Below, piece after piece: positions 39,476 through 54,030 of a DNA stretch of 64,000 nucleotides. Origin of the DNA: the human T2T-CHM13v2.0 reference genome, Homo sapiens; assembly GCF_009914755.1 (NCBI RefSeq), contig NC_060928.1. The stretch is one strand, 5' to 3'. Position 1 is the first letter of the stretch; every line of letters starts with the position of its first letter. The notes beneath the pieces are model-generated. The model saw only the letters and a program-made list of their open reading frames with translations. It was not told the origin of the DNA and did not search any database. A program made the position numbers and the translations under genes.

Positions 39476-40199
39476 GCCCTTATCTCACCTTGGATTTTTG
39501 CCTCCCAATGGTAAATTTATATTTTATTTATTAAATAAAAAATTTAAATGTTAAAGAACTGCCATACTACATTACAGCCATATGTTATGGCAATCTTTGA
39601 ATGAACCCAGAGACAGCAAATAATTTCAATATATAAATAATAAAAATGTATTTATCCTTAGTTTGAAAACATAGCTTAGCTGCTATAGTAATCCTTCATG
39701 TACACATTAAATAGTTTATGCACAAATACCTACTATGGGCTGAGAATTACAGTGGGGAATAAGGATAAATAAGTGGAATGTTTCTCAAAAGCTTACAGAA
39801 CTATCAGAGATTTCTCAAATAAATATTATATATTTCACATGTATTTTAAAATGTAAAACTATTTTTAAATAGTTTTGAAATATGACATAATAAAATGGCC
39901 TCATTTCTCCTTTTCATTGAAAGGCTATATTTTACTTTGATGTAAACATATTCTTTTTGTCATAGTTTAACAGCAAAATCAAAATAAATAAGATAAATGT
40001 ATATTTATCAACAAAGAACAATATAAAAATAAATAAAGCTTAGTTTTAAATTGAGGAATATGGCATAACATATGGAATTTCAGAATAATATTTTTAAGTC
40101 TCAAACTTTTATTACATTAAAAAATAAATGTGCATCAAAATGTGTGGAATATGCAGAAAAATTAGAAACTTCTGTTATATTAAAACAGTACATAAAGTC

Positions 40200-40510
40200 C
40201 ACTGGATTCACAAAATCTAGATATTAAAGTTTATATATTCTTAACTCATTTTATGTAACTATATGAGTATATTATACATGATATACTATTCTGTGATCTT
40301 TTTTCATTAAAATTTATTTTTCATATTTTACTACAAATATTCAATGACATAACTGTAATGGTCACATGGAATTCCATCTTCTTTATGAATCATAATTTAT
40401 TTAACTATTCCCCTATTGCTGGACATTTGCATTGTTTCAACATTTCTTTTCACTACAATGCTGTAATTATCATCCTTATAAATAAATCCATATGCATTAT
40501 TTTCTTATGA
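40200..40510 (-). mobile_element. L1ME-type 3' fragment
   Basis: 'cataatttatttaactattcccctattgctggacatttgcattgtttcaa'. Confidence 0.6.
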
Positions 40511-40634
40511 TTATTATACACACCTCACTAAATTCTAAAAGAATATACTGATTATAATTTAATAGCTTCTTGATGATTCAATATCATCTCCATCAAAACA
40601 AAGCATATTTCTTGCAGTTTAATGTGGAAATGTT

Positions 40635-40850
40635 TGCTCTAGAGTTAGAATGAAATCCTGATTGTACCATTCAGTAGCTGCATGACTTCAAGCAAGTTAC
40701 TTAGCCTCTTTAGGAAATAATATCTCTCTCTGTAAAATGAGCTTGATAATAGCTATCATATAGATTATGAAGATAACATGAGAAAATGCACATAAAATGT
40801 ATAGCTCTGAGTCTTATAAGAGTATAAAGTGAATAAATATTAACTTTACA
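40635..40850 (+). mobile_element. MIR
   Basis: 'agtagctgcatgacttcaagcaagttacttagcctct...ctgtaaaatgagcttgataatagc'. Confidence 0.75.
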
Positions 40851-40879
40851 TTAATTATACAATTTTGTCATCATAGTAA

Positions 40880-41426
40880 TTTTATCCATCAGGGATTTCC
40901 AGAGGAACAGATCCAATAGGCTATATAGAGATATACATAAAGAAATTGATTATGAAGGACTAGCTCATGCCATTGCAAAGACCAAGAAGTCCCACAGTCT
41001 GCTGTCTGTAACCTAGTGTCCCAGAGAAGCTAATGGTCCAAACCCAAAGGTCTGAGAACTAGGGGAGCCAATGGTATAAGTCCCAGTCTGAGTCCAAAGG
41101 ACTAGGATCTTGGGGGTTGATGGTGTAAGTCCTGGTTCAAGTCCAAAAGTCCAAGAACCAGGAGCACTGATGTCCAAGGCAGGAGAAGATGGATGTCCTA
41201 GCTCAAGTAAATAGAGGAAATTTGCCCTTCCTCCACCTTTTTTTCTATTTAAATCCTCAACAGATTAGATGATGACCACCTGCCTCAATGAGGGAAATCT
41301 TCTTTATCTAGCCTACTGATTTAAATGCTAAACTGGTCCAGAAACACCGTCACCCAGAAATAATGTTACCAGCCATCTGGGCATCCCTAAGCCCAGTCAA
41401 ACTGACAAATAAAATTAACCTTCACA
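40880..41426 (-). mobile_element. ERVL solo LTR, MLT2B-like
   Basis: 'ccagaggaacagatccaatagg...gagaactaggggagccaatggtataagtccc...gcccagtcaaactgacaaataaaattaaccttcaca'. Confidence 0.9.
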
Positions 41427-42068
41427 ACAATTATATTAAGATACAAGGAACTGTGAAGCTGTCCAACCCTGTTTACCCCTTGCTCAAAAAACTCCAGTCA
41501 TAATAGATTTCCGTTTCAAACTATTATACAGATTTATTTTATAACTATTAAATATTACTTCAAGATCTATCTACATGTATATTTTATACTGCCAGATGTA
41601 CTCATTCTCTTTTCCTAGGCATTATACTTAATTGCTTCTATTATATCAACGAACATGCAATCCCTATTGTTTTTCTTTATGCCCTGTTTCTTGAGTGTAA
41701 CATTTCCCCACACTCCTAAGAATATTCTAAGAGTTCTACAGCCATGGTAACAAGTTAGAACTAGAACTTGTTTTGAACCTATTTAATTAGTCCATTATAT
41801 TTCTATAATCATGGTGATAAGAAACTCTCAGAACCGGTTTTAAATATCAACCAGTGACAGCTAAACTTAGTAAACACACTTCTGAAAGCCAACCAGTCAG
41901 TGGGAGTTCCTGGTTTTCAAAGTTGACCACTGAACAAAAGTCTTATTCTAGTAACACATTTCTGAAAGCTAATCAGCAACTCAGTCTTTCCTGTGTAACC
42001 ACACTCAGCATCCAGTGTCATTTTACTTTCACTGCTAAAAGTCACTAATCACTGACCTACATGCTTTC

Positions 42069-42577
42069 TATACTAGTTATCTACTGCTGTGTAACAAATT
42101 ACCCCCAAACTAGAGGCATAAAACAACAAAAATTTATCTCACACCATTTCTGAGAGTTAGGAATCTGGGTAGCTTTACTAGGTGGTTCAGGCTCAGGGGC
42201 TATCATGAGACTGCCTTCAAGCTCTCACTAGAGCTGCAGTTATCTGAAGGATTGAACTGGAGCCTCCATTTCCACATTGTATTACTCACATAGAACTCAG
42301 TGACTCATTTGTGTAGGCAGAAGGTCTCAGTTCATCACCGCATACACCTCTCTAAGAGCTGCTGGAGTGTCCTCATGACATGGCAGCTAGCTTTCCTCAG
42401 AGCAGCTTACCCAAGGGAGAGCAAGGAAGAAGCCAGACTCTCTTTTATGATCTGGACTCAAAAATGAAGTACCTGCTATATTCTATTGGTAACACCTGAT
42501 ACACTATGAAGAAAAATACACACAAGCATGAACCAGGAACCACATCCTTGGAGCCATCTTGGAGACTGGCTACCACT
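42069..42577 (-). mobile_element. MaLR solo LTR, MLT1F-like
   Basis: 'tatactagttatctactgctgtgtaacaaattacccccaaac...gccatcttggagactggctaccac'; TSD ctttc/cttcc. Confidence 0.85.
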
Positions 42578-42839
42578 CTTCCTGAAAACCCTATATAAGA
42601 TCAACAGCCTGCTTTGCTCAGAGACCATGCTTAACCAGTATAATGCCCCCTTATTTAAATAGATAGTAAATTCAGATTTGTGGGTTTTATTTCAGATACT
42701 GAGAGTTAGTGTCATCCTTTTTTTTAATTTCTAGATGTTCTTCCTAGATTTTTTGAAGTTCCTCATTTGAAAGCATTCTATTTGACCCAGGAACCAACAA
42801 CAGTGCTCACTGCACCTACTGCAGCCAAAACTCTGATGT

Positions 42840-42960
42840 TGCTTTATATCTGCTAGAATGTGAACATTTCTATGGCAGGTATTAAGCCTAAGTTATTTCT
42901 CAATCTTTATTGCCAAGTATATAGTAGACACTCAGTTAATACTTGTTAAATAAATAGATG
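42840..42960 (+). mobile_element. L2 3' end
   Basis: 'ctagaatgtgaacatttctatggcagg...atagtagacactcagttaatacttgttaaataaat'. Confidence 0.6.
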
Positions 42961-44019
42961 CAGAAATCATAATGAAATATTAATCTTCCAAATTTCACCT
43001 CACAAAGTTAAGCAGTATTGAGTGGTGGATTGTTGTAAATGTACAACTCACATTTTCTTTATCTAATAGACCTGGTGCCATCTTAATATTTTCTTACTCA
43101 AATGTTTCCAACATGCTTGGTGAAGTTGGGCTTGGGAGGTAGGAGACACAGCTCTGATTTTATCATTGAAGTTTAAGGAAAAATGGAATTCACATAGAAC
43201 ACAACCATTTCACTAAATGAGAAAGACCTAATTCATCACCCTAATACATTTTTTGTAACTTGAACATAGTCAAAAACTTTAGCCAGGTACAATATTGCAA
43301 TAGTTTTTATCTTACTCTTGGATGATTCATGTAAGTATAGCAAGTGTTGAAAGTTTGAACCAACTCAGCCATGTAAACATAAAACATTTCTCCCATCAAC
43401 AATTACAATTACCATGAAAACACATTCACATCCATTTGCAACTACCAAAGAAAATCAAAAGGACTTTAGAGAACATGACATTGGAGGCTGATGGCAGTGT
43501 ATAGTGGATAAAATAAGGGATGAATGAGGATATACCCAAACAACTTTTCAAGTCCTATTTGGCATAAAATATATTTTTCAGTGACTATATTATTCATCTC
43601 GAGCAAGCAGATACTCTATAGGCAAAGCATGACATTGACCTAAACATAGTGCATTTAAACTTATCCAAATTAGAATAGGCCATTTTGTATACTCGAGCAG
43701 ATATAAATGATATAAAATATATAGAGCTCCTTTCAAATGATAATGTAAGTTTTTTACAGTAATCCTACAGAACACTTCAAAGAATAGCTCAAAATTAAGC
43801 TTAGTTTTTTACCAGGATAGCAAATTTAAGAAGGCAAAATAAATTACATACACATCATATAGTTACAAGAAAATATGACAAAAAATTAGATTAAAAAATA
43901 TGGGTAGAAATCCAAGTAAATTCTGGGATGCGTATTTTTAAAAGCCTTTAAAAAAAATAAGCAGAACTAGTAGTAGCTAAGATTATATTCACAATAAATC
44001 AAACATGTATTGGATTATC

Positions 44020-44350
44020 ATGTTGTATTCTGAGCTTCATCCCTTAAAAGAAATGAGAAAATTGGAAAAATGTTCAGAGAGAAGTGCCAAAAGGGATCAA
44101 GGATTAGGAGGGATTCTGAAGAATACATTAAATAGCCCATTTTAGAAAACAGAGAGTCATAATAATCTACGCATAGCCTTTATTTTGTAGCTAGTGAATA
44201 AGTTTCAACTGCAATAAAGGATATATAAGAAAGTCTTATGTTACAAAGTAGAAAATTCTTAAAGAATATCACCAAAAATCAGCCTTGACTGTCAAGGATG
44301 ATTATCTAAATTGCTGGAATCTTTAAAGCTAAGATAGATTCTAATTTAGC
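44020..44350 (+). mobile_element. CR1/L3 LINE fragment
   Basis: 'ttctgagcttcatcccttaaaagaaatgagaaaattggaaaaatgttcagagagaagtgccaaaagggatcaaggattagg' matches the L3 W.P..K.DI.KLE.VQRRAT region. Confidence 0.5.
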
Positions 44351-45992
44351 AAATGTGTATCAAGTCTTGACTAAAGACAGTGAAGCAAACTGAATTGCGT
44401 AAAAAATACCTTGTACTTTTTTAATGGGAAAAAAACAGTAATTAGGCCAAGAAATCAGGTTCTAGTATTAATCACATCATTTAAATAACCATGTATTCTA
44501 AGGGCAAGTAAAATATATTATATGAAGTGCTGGAAATGATATGAAAAAGAAGTAGTAGAACTAGAGGTCGTTGATATTACTCAGCATCTGAACTAATGAG
44601 AAACTTGACAGTAATATAATAACACCATTTCAGTTAAAATGGACCATTGCTTTGGGAAAGTAATTTGATCATTCATTTGTATTCCCTAAGTGATTTTCTA
44701 GAAAGATAATAGCTAATCCACCCCTTCAAGGTATCTCCATTAGAATTCCAAGAATTATAGGCCTAAAATGCTCCTTAATATAATCTACAGCTTCAAGGTT
44801 AAAAATTTGCCAAAGTCACAAAAGCTTAACGAAGGAGAGAAACAAGTTGAGCATATTTGTGACAGTCCAGAGGGTTGGGAGCTTGAGGACAGACAGTGCA
44901 TAAGGAAAGACAACGGAAGATAAGTTAAAAGACTAACTTTCCAAAATAGCCTTTCCAAAAATAAGTGTGACAAGCCATATATTCCTGGAAAAAAATTAAA
45001 GACTTGTTTTTTACTTGGTCTAAGATTATAAAATTATAATCTAGAAGAAATTCTTTGTGCCTATTAGCAAGTTGAAATTATGACTTATGCAGCATTCCAG
45101 TTACAATCAAGCCACTACTCTAGGAAATATGGGATATAAAAATATGGATGTACCAGGTATTTTTAGAGAATGTATGGTCCTAATACTAGGTAATTTGTTA
45201 GCAACCCAAGCCATTTATGGAGCATTCGTAACTCTATTTACTCCTTGGTTCTTGCTGTTGATAGATCTCTGAATTTACAGAGTGAAATCAATAAACAGGA
45301 GTACCTACATTGTAGAGTATTAATGTTGGAACACATAATAAATTCCCAGAGCTATCTTCCCTAAAATGTTTATAGTTAAGGAGTTACTCAGTTTTAGGAA
45401 GCACCTCTGTAATAGACTAATCTTTTTCAAGACAAATGTTGCAAATCTCTTGTCAGTCAATTTAATAACCATGTAATTCAAAAAGATTCAAGGCTCTGGT
45501 AACTTACCCAAAGAAAAAGAAAAAAATCAGCAAAAAGCTTGGAAGACAGAGTTTGAAAATAACAACATAATGCCACTTGCATATTTCCTTTTAATTTGTT
45601 TATTTTAACAAAGTGCAAATAGACTCTAAACAACAAACACAAATAGATATAGGTCACCTTCTGATAATTTCAGGTGGAAAACTGCAGAGAAAATAAATAG
45701 CAGTCAGGTTCTTAATTCATCTTATTAAACCCAAAACTTTCAACTTAAGTTATTCTTTCTCATAATTTTCCTTCTTTTTTGTTCTCTCTTCTTCCTCTAG
45801 GCTATTATAGAACTGAGCACTTAAATATGCCTTTGTATGCACCAGCCCAGTGATATTACACTGAATTTGTGACTCTCTTTAAGTAAGTTTTAAAATGCAA
45901 GTTTTAAAGCTTCAAGAGGAAACATCTTTTAAAAATACTACCAAAATAAAAGCTTCCCTACCTTGGTTCTTTAATATTTATATTTTTAACTT

Positions 45993-47122
<1,130 letters not shown>

Positions 47123-47124
47123 TT

Positions 47125-48011
47125 TAATTTTGTGTTTATTTTAAAACATTTTACTTATAGTAAAGTTCATTCCTTTTGGTGTACAATTCTATGGGTTTTG
47201 ACTTATTTATAATTATGTCATCGCTATCATAATCAAGATACAGAATGGTTCCATCACCCTAAGAACTCCCTCATGCTGCCTCTTTGTAGTAAAACACTAC
47301 CATCAAATTTAAGCCCTAGCAATCACAGGCCTGATCTTTGTTCCCATAGGTTTGCTTTTTCCAAAGTGCCACTTAAATGGAATTATACCATAGCCTGGGA
47401 CTCTGGCTTCTTTCACTTAATATGATGCATTTGAAATTCATCCATGTTGTGTACATCAATAGTTCACTCCTCCAAATCTGCTGAACCAAATTTTTATGGA
47501 TGAACCAAATTTTGTTCATTCATTCACCAGTTGAAGAACAGCTGTGTTGTTTCCAGCTTTTGGCAACTTTGAATAATGTTGATTATATATATATATATAT
47601 ATGTGTATGTGTGTGTACGTATATATGTTACATATATGATATATTGTATATATTGCCTATTTATATATATTGTGTATATATATGCTTTGTGTAAATAAAT
47701 GTTTTCTTTTATTTTGGGTAATTACCTAGGAAAAGAATGGCTAGGCTTTATGATTAGAATATATTTAATTTATAAGAAAGTATCAAAATATTTTCAAAGT
47801 GGCTGTATTATTTTGCATCTCCACCAGTAATGTGTGAGTGTTTGAGGTATTCCACCTCCTTGTTTGGTATCATTAGATTAAAAAATTATCTTAGCCTTTC
47901 TAATAAGTGAGAAGTAGTATTTCACTGTAGTTTAAATTTGCATTTCCCTGATGACTAATGATGTTGATCATCTTTTCATGTGCTCATTTGCTATCTATAT
48001 ATCTTCTTTGA
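47125..48011 (-). mobile_element. Second L1MC-type 3' portion (with TA/TG tract about 47583-47690)
   Basis: 'ttttggtgtacaattctatgggttttgac...acagaatggttccatcaccctaagaactccctcatgctgcc'. Confidence 0.85.
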
Positions 48012-48014
48012 CTA

Positions 48015-48860
48015 TTTGGTTTTGCAAAACTGCGAAGTTAATTTATAGAAAAATAGTCTTTTCAACAAATACCTCTGTTGGAAAGTTTGTGATATCAAAG
48101 TATTAAAAAAGAACTTCAATTTATATCTTGAGCCATATACAAAAATTAACCCCAAATCAACCACACACTGAAATATAAACCTAAAACTATAAAATTTATA
48201 GAAGAAAACCTTATTACTACAATCCAGGCCAACACTTATTGGATATGGCAGCAAAAGCATGCAATAAAGAAACACATAGTAAATTGTACTTTATCAAAAT
48301 TGAAAACTTCTGCTCTTCAAAAGATACTATTAAAAGACAGAAAAGACAAACTATACACTGGGAGAAAATATTCACAAAGCATATATAGGTTAAATTATTT
48401 GTATTCAGAATATCTAAAGGATTCTCAAAACTTAATAAACATTAATAAATAATATGAAAATAATCAAAAGTTTTGAATAGACACTTCAACAAAGACATAC
48501 AAATAGCGAATACTTGAAAAGAAGCCAAATAACATTATTTACTAGAGAAATGCAAATTAAAACCACAAAAAGCTACCAATATACATGTATTAGATTGGCT
48601 AAAATTAGAAAGACTGATTGTACCAACTGTTGATAGAGCTGTGGAACAAATGCAACTCTCATATCTCTGCAGTTGGTGGTAATATGAAATGTTATAATGA
48701 CTGGAAAACAGGTTAGCCAACAGAAATGCAAACACATGTCTAAACATAGTCCTGAACATGAATGTTCATAGCAGCATTACTGGTAGTAACGCAAAAGTGA
48801 AAACAACCCAAATTTCCATTAACTAGTGAATAGACAGGCACAATGTAGTTCCACTATTCT
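48015..48860 (+). mobile_element. Old L1M ORF2 3' part/3' UTR, sense orientation
   Basis: 'aatagtcttttcaacaaat', 'gaaaacttctgctcttcaaaagatac', 'gaaatgcaaattaaaaccaca', 'gaatgttcatagcagcatta'. Confidence 0.85.
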
Positions 48861-49681
48861 AGCGGAGGCACCAAAGCATAAAATAGCCCCTTTTTAAATT
48901 GCAGGCAGAGTATCTAAGAAGTAAAGAGAACATTCTATAAGATCTATGTATCATCCCACATCATCTAAGTGATGAATACAGTTATATATTTAATATTATA
49001 AGGTATCACTTCTTCTTTACAATAAAAAATAAGGTTCAATATCTTACCTATATATCTATAACCTTCTTCCCCATTTACTATGGGTCTCAACCAAGTCGAC
49101 TTGAGTAGTGTACTGTCAGGCACATGTGCACCTTCAGGAGGATAGAGTGTAAATAACATTTCAATTGCTTTGGACTTTTTGATTAGTTCAGAATATTTTT
49201 CTTTGCCATCTATAAAGAAAAGATAAAATATATAAAATTTTAGACATTTTACAGACTGTCATACTTGCTTCTTTTAAGGGATGCAAATTAAAAACTAACA
49301 TTTGGATACAACAGGTCACACTGAAAACATGTCTTTTTTTTTAGTCAAAGTTACTTTACCAAAAATCTTCTTGTTAATTCCAAGCAAAAACTAAAGAGTA
49401 AGGGCTTTACTAATACCGTCTTAAACCACTATCAGCTTGAAGCAGTATTGTTAAGGCTGTGAAAAAAAATAAGATACCCAACGAACAGCATTCACATTAT
49501 AGATTCTATAACATATCCATATATTCTTACTTTTAATTTCTATTTAACAATGGAATCAGACTAATCTGACAAAAATGTTGAGTAAATATAGAGTTCCATA
49601 TATTGGAACTACTAAAATAATTAATATTCCTAGGCTATGGTTTTTAAGAAAATATAAAATGCATATTGCTGTGACTGAATT

Positions 49682-49900
49682 ATTTTTATCTGGCAAACAT
49701 TTGTATAGCACATATTATGTGCAAAGGATTATTCCTAGTGCTTTAAAATATTAACATATTTAATTTTCATAACATACCTGTAAGGTAACTCCTATTATTA
49801 TTTCCTTTTACATGTACAAACTGAGACCCAGAGAAGTTAAATAACTTGCCTAAATTTCACAGTCTATAAATGATGCAAGTAGGCTTCAGATACCTAAGGA
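49682..49900 (-). mobile_element. MIR
   Basis: 'aacatttgtatagcacatattatgtgc...aaactgagacccagagaagttaaataacttgcctaa'. Confidence 0.85.
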
Positions 49901-50277
49901 AGCTCTTATTTGCAAATGAATCTTTGTCAGCTGAACATGACCTGTATTAACTAGTAGCTGAGAAAGCTGGAATTAAACAATAATTTAAATTGCACAGCGA
50001 AAAATCTCTGGTATGCCCATTGGGCCTCCAGTTTGTAATTCTAGTTTTTGGTTGATAAGCCAGGGTCCTAAAATTCAACAAAGCAGTCTCCTGAGGACTT
50101 AAAGTGATTCTGCCTAGAAACACTTTAAAGAAAAGAGAGACACTAATGTAAATCTCCACTTATAACCCAATTACATATATTTCCCTCCTTTCCTCTTAGT
50201 CTCCTTTATTTTGTTACATGTCATATTTTCTGGCACAGTGAATATAAGGCCATATGACATGATTTGATGGCAAGCAG

Positions 50278-50898
50278 TGTACCAGGTATCCATCTATTGC
50301 CTCACAGATCCAAATCCATCCTTTACTGTCCTGCTTGTGAGGCTAGAACACTTCTTCCTCACAATATGGCATGATTTTAAGTATAAAACAAATTGGGCAA
50401 TGGAGAGAACTAGAGGATGAATGGGTTCTTTCTGGATCTGGTGGGTCTCTCAGAAGGCTCCTGCAACTTCTCTGGCATCTCAGAGGGCACTCCCCTCCTC
50501 CCATCACTGGGCGCTTCCTAGATAGTTCCACCAGTGCAGCACCTTCCTATGAACGGCTTCCCACTGAGTTCCACAATGTGACATCACCCTACAGAGTTTG
50601 CCCCAGATCTCCAGAGTAGCTTCTCCATGAGTGCCACTAGAATGCCAGCTCCGTGTACTCCACCATTCACTGACTCCCCATGGGTGGACTTTGTAAACAT
50701 TTGTTCTTTCCTCAGGTGCTCTGCCTCAGACCAAGGGGTCCCTATATCTGCTCTTGTCAATTATTAGAGTTATTTTACCCCTTAGTAGAAAATCACATTT
50801 ACTCCAATCTCTGTCATAGTTAATAACTACTATATTAGACTTTTCCTGCTTAAATTACTATGTTGTTTCTATCTGCTAAGTGGACCCTAACTGATACA
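50278..50898 (+). mobile_element. ERVL solo LTR, LTR41/LTR33-like
   Basis: Starts 'tgtaccaggtatc', ends 'aaattactatgttgtttctatctgctaagtggaccctaactgataca'; partial TSD agcag/gacag. Confidence 0.7.
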
Positions 50899-50937
50899 GA
50901 CAGAACTGGGTTCTAATTCTTAATGGGCTTTGAAATA

Positions 50938-51905
50938 TAGTCATGTGCTGCATAACAACATTTCAGTAATGATGGACCAGATACAAAACGGAGCTAAAAT
51001 GCCTAGTGAAGTCCTGGCTGTGGTAACATTGTAGCACAATGAATTACTCACATGTTTATGATGATGCTGGTGTAAATAATGTTACTGCACTGCCAGTAAT
51101 ATTAATGTACAGAACATGCAACTATTTACATTACATTTATTATCATAAATGGCTGTTAGTGGTTTCTGTATTTACCATACTATAATTTTTAACTTTATGT
51201 TACAGTGTACTCCTTCTACTTATTAAAAAAAAAAAAAACAGTAAAACAGCCTCAGGCATGTCCTTCACGAGCTATTCCAGAAGAAAGCATTGTTATCATA
51301 GGAGATGGCAGCTTCATGCTGCTATTGGCCCTGAAGATTTTACAGTGGGACAAGATGTGGAGGAGAAAGACAGTGAATATTGACGATCCTGTGTAGGCCA
51401 AGGCTAATGTGTATGTTTGTGTGTTTATTTGTAATAAGAAGCTAAAAAAAAACAAAAAATATAAACAAATCCTAAAATAGGGCTTACAGAATAAGAATGC
51501 AAACAAAGAATATATTTTTTTACAGTTGTACAATCTATTTGTGTTTTCAGCTAAGCATTATCACAAAATGTCAAAAAGTTACAAAGAAATTTAAAAGTTT
51601 ATAAGGTAAAATATAATAAGCTAAGGTTAATTTTTTATTGAAGAAAGAAAACTGTTGTTATAAAGTTAGTGTCGCCTAAGTGTTCAGTGTTTATAAAGTC
51701 TACAGTAGTGTACAGTCATGTCCTAGGCCTTCACATTCACTCACCAACTCACCTAGAGCAAATTTCAGTCCTACAAGCTCCATTCATGTTAAGTGCCCTA
51801 TATAGGTGTATCATGTTTTGTTTTGGATACTGTATTTTTACTGTACCTTTTCTATGTTTAGATGTGTTTAGATACACAAATCCTTACCACTGTGTTACAA
51901 TTATT
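50938..51905. mobile_element. Tigger3b-like (TcMar-Tigger) DNA transposon, far end truncated
   Basis: TA + 'agtcatgtgctgcataacaacatttcagt' TIR; 'gtaaaacagcctcaggcatgtccttca', 'cagtgggacaagatgtggagg', 'cctaggccttcacattcactcacc'. Confidence 0.9.
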
Positions 51906-52522
51906 TACCTATATTTTTCATATGCTTCAATATCAGGTCAAATAAAATGCCTACACTAAAATCTAAGTAGTGGTGAATATAGAACTGCCACTTTCTCCCA
52001 CTAGCTTATCCTGATTGAAGACTAATAGAAACACATGAAGTCAATGGAGTGAGTGTTGAATTTGCAAGGATAACATAAAGATAAATGTAACATTAGACAC
52101 ATATCGAAGGTTTGTAGCTTAGAGTCTTGCTAATTCCCCATTTCCAATTGATAGTGTCAATGGAGCCTTGGAACTTACACAAACTTAAATGATTGTACCT
52201 TCTTTCATAATTGCATTGTTAACTAAAAATAAACATTTTCTCATTTCAAAAGGCATATAGCTGGTAAAACTCTCTTCTTTATATTTCATTACACATGTCA
52301 TCCCAAGATAAAAGCAGGAATTTAATTTGTTTCTGATATTAATAATTTTTGCTGTTTATGGACTGCTTCTTTTTCGATATACTAAGTCAATATTGCCATA
52401 AGGGATTTAGATGTAGCAATACACTACTCTTAGAACTCAAAAGAATAAGAGCTCTTCCTTACCCCTACCTCACCAGGCCACATATGCAATATCTGAAGTT
52501 TTTTAAATTAGCAAATGTATAT

Positions 52523-52790
52523 AACATAGTTGCCAGTATTTATTGAGAGCTTAGTATACAACAGGTGTGCAAAGCAGGTTATATACATTTGCTAATTTAA
52601 TTCTAAAATCAGAATATGTTTAATTTGCTGACAATCCTATGAGGTCAATATTATCATACATCACAGCTCAAGATACTGAAGCATAGGGAGGTTACAGGGC
52701 ATTTTCAATGCCTCCTAGCTGGTAAGTGGTGAAACCAGAATTTATTCTCTATTCTGTCTAACTTCAAAGCCTTTCTTTTAAACCACAATG
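52523..52790 (-). mobile_element. MIR
   Basis: 'atttattgagagcttagtat...acaatcctatgagg...actgaagcatagggaggtta...ctagctggtaagtggtgaaaccagaattt...ctgtctaacttcaaagcc'. Confidence 0.8.
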
Positions 52791-53936
52791 CATATTGTTT
52801 TAACCAATGGTTCCTGGTATCAGGAGACTGTCAGCACTTCAATAGTTACGAGTGAACTGGTGGTCTCTCCCGTTGCTATCACCCTTCCAATCTTTTTAAA
52901 TCCTTCTACAGCTGTACCTGTAAAGTGTACTCTGCTGGTCAGCCCTCTGAGAGCAGCATATAGCTCTTTCCTGGAGGTTTACTGATGTTAGTCTTCTCCA
53001 CAAAAATTTATTTTGTAGCAGCTGTTGAAAAGCCCTCAGGTCAAAACCACCATTTATAAACTGATGATGGCCCTCTCAGTTCGCTAAGAATAATGGCTAG
53101 TATAAAATCCCACAATATGAACTCTACACCACCTCTAGTTTTCCCCTCTTCTCAGGTAAGTGAGGCTCGTTATGCTTAATATTCAGGGTGGATGAGGAGT
53201 TTTCAGAGAACTCAAAGTTCCCCTTCCCTTCCTCTCCCAAACAATGTGCTGTGTTATTGAGAGCTTGGTGCCTCCCTCCTGCAGAGCCTGGAGTATTTAA
53301 GACAGTGGCTCCAGGGTTGTACTTCAAGAATCACAGTGATTTTAAAAATAAATAAATAATAATAGAGAATTGACATAAAGATGGCAGACAACTTTACAGT
53401 CTAAGTGAGCATAATAAAAAGAAAGAGCATCTATTGTCGCAACTGTTCCTCCTTTGTATGTATTACCGAAGGATATTTCAACACTCAAAATGCATGGGCA
53501 AGAACATCTCAGATGAAAGAACAATAATTTACATTGAACCCTGGAGATTCCTAAATTTCCAGGATATTTTAAAGTTTCAAGTTCTTTCTAACGTACCCGC
53601 CCCTTCACACAAATGCCAGCCCAGACACAATACTTTAAAAAGGGCAAATGTATAAATTATTAAGGTCAGGACCAGTCCTAAGTGTACCAGGGAGACTTGT
53701 GGCTAACAAAGCTCTACTAGTGACCTTGGGTTATTAAACCAAAATGGTAGGGCTAGTTACTGAAGTCAATTTTTAACAAGTATTTATAAGTACAGATAGA
53801 AATAGCCTAATCCTTTATCTTTACCCTGTACTGGTACTATTAACTAAATGTATCTGCAAGGTTTAAAAAAAAAACATATTTTATAGTTTTCATACTAATA
53901 CAGGCTAAAAACAATGGCAACAGGTAGATGTTTTCT

Positions 53937-54030
53937 TTCATTGTGAATGTTATGCATTCACAATGAATTAGCAATTTAATGCATAATATTTAATAAATAA
54001 TGAATGATATTCATTAAATTGCTAATGCAT
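53937..54030. repeat. Cluster of abutting inverted repeats
   Basis: 13-bp perfect arms 53937-53949/53955-53967; 15-bp perfect arms 53967-53981/54012-54026. Confidence 0.9.

Noticed and set aside
52788-52985. ORF open on both strands in unique DNA
   Set aside because: Short, no recognisable domain, within chance expectation
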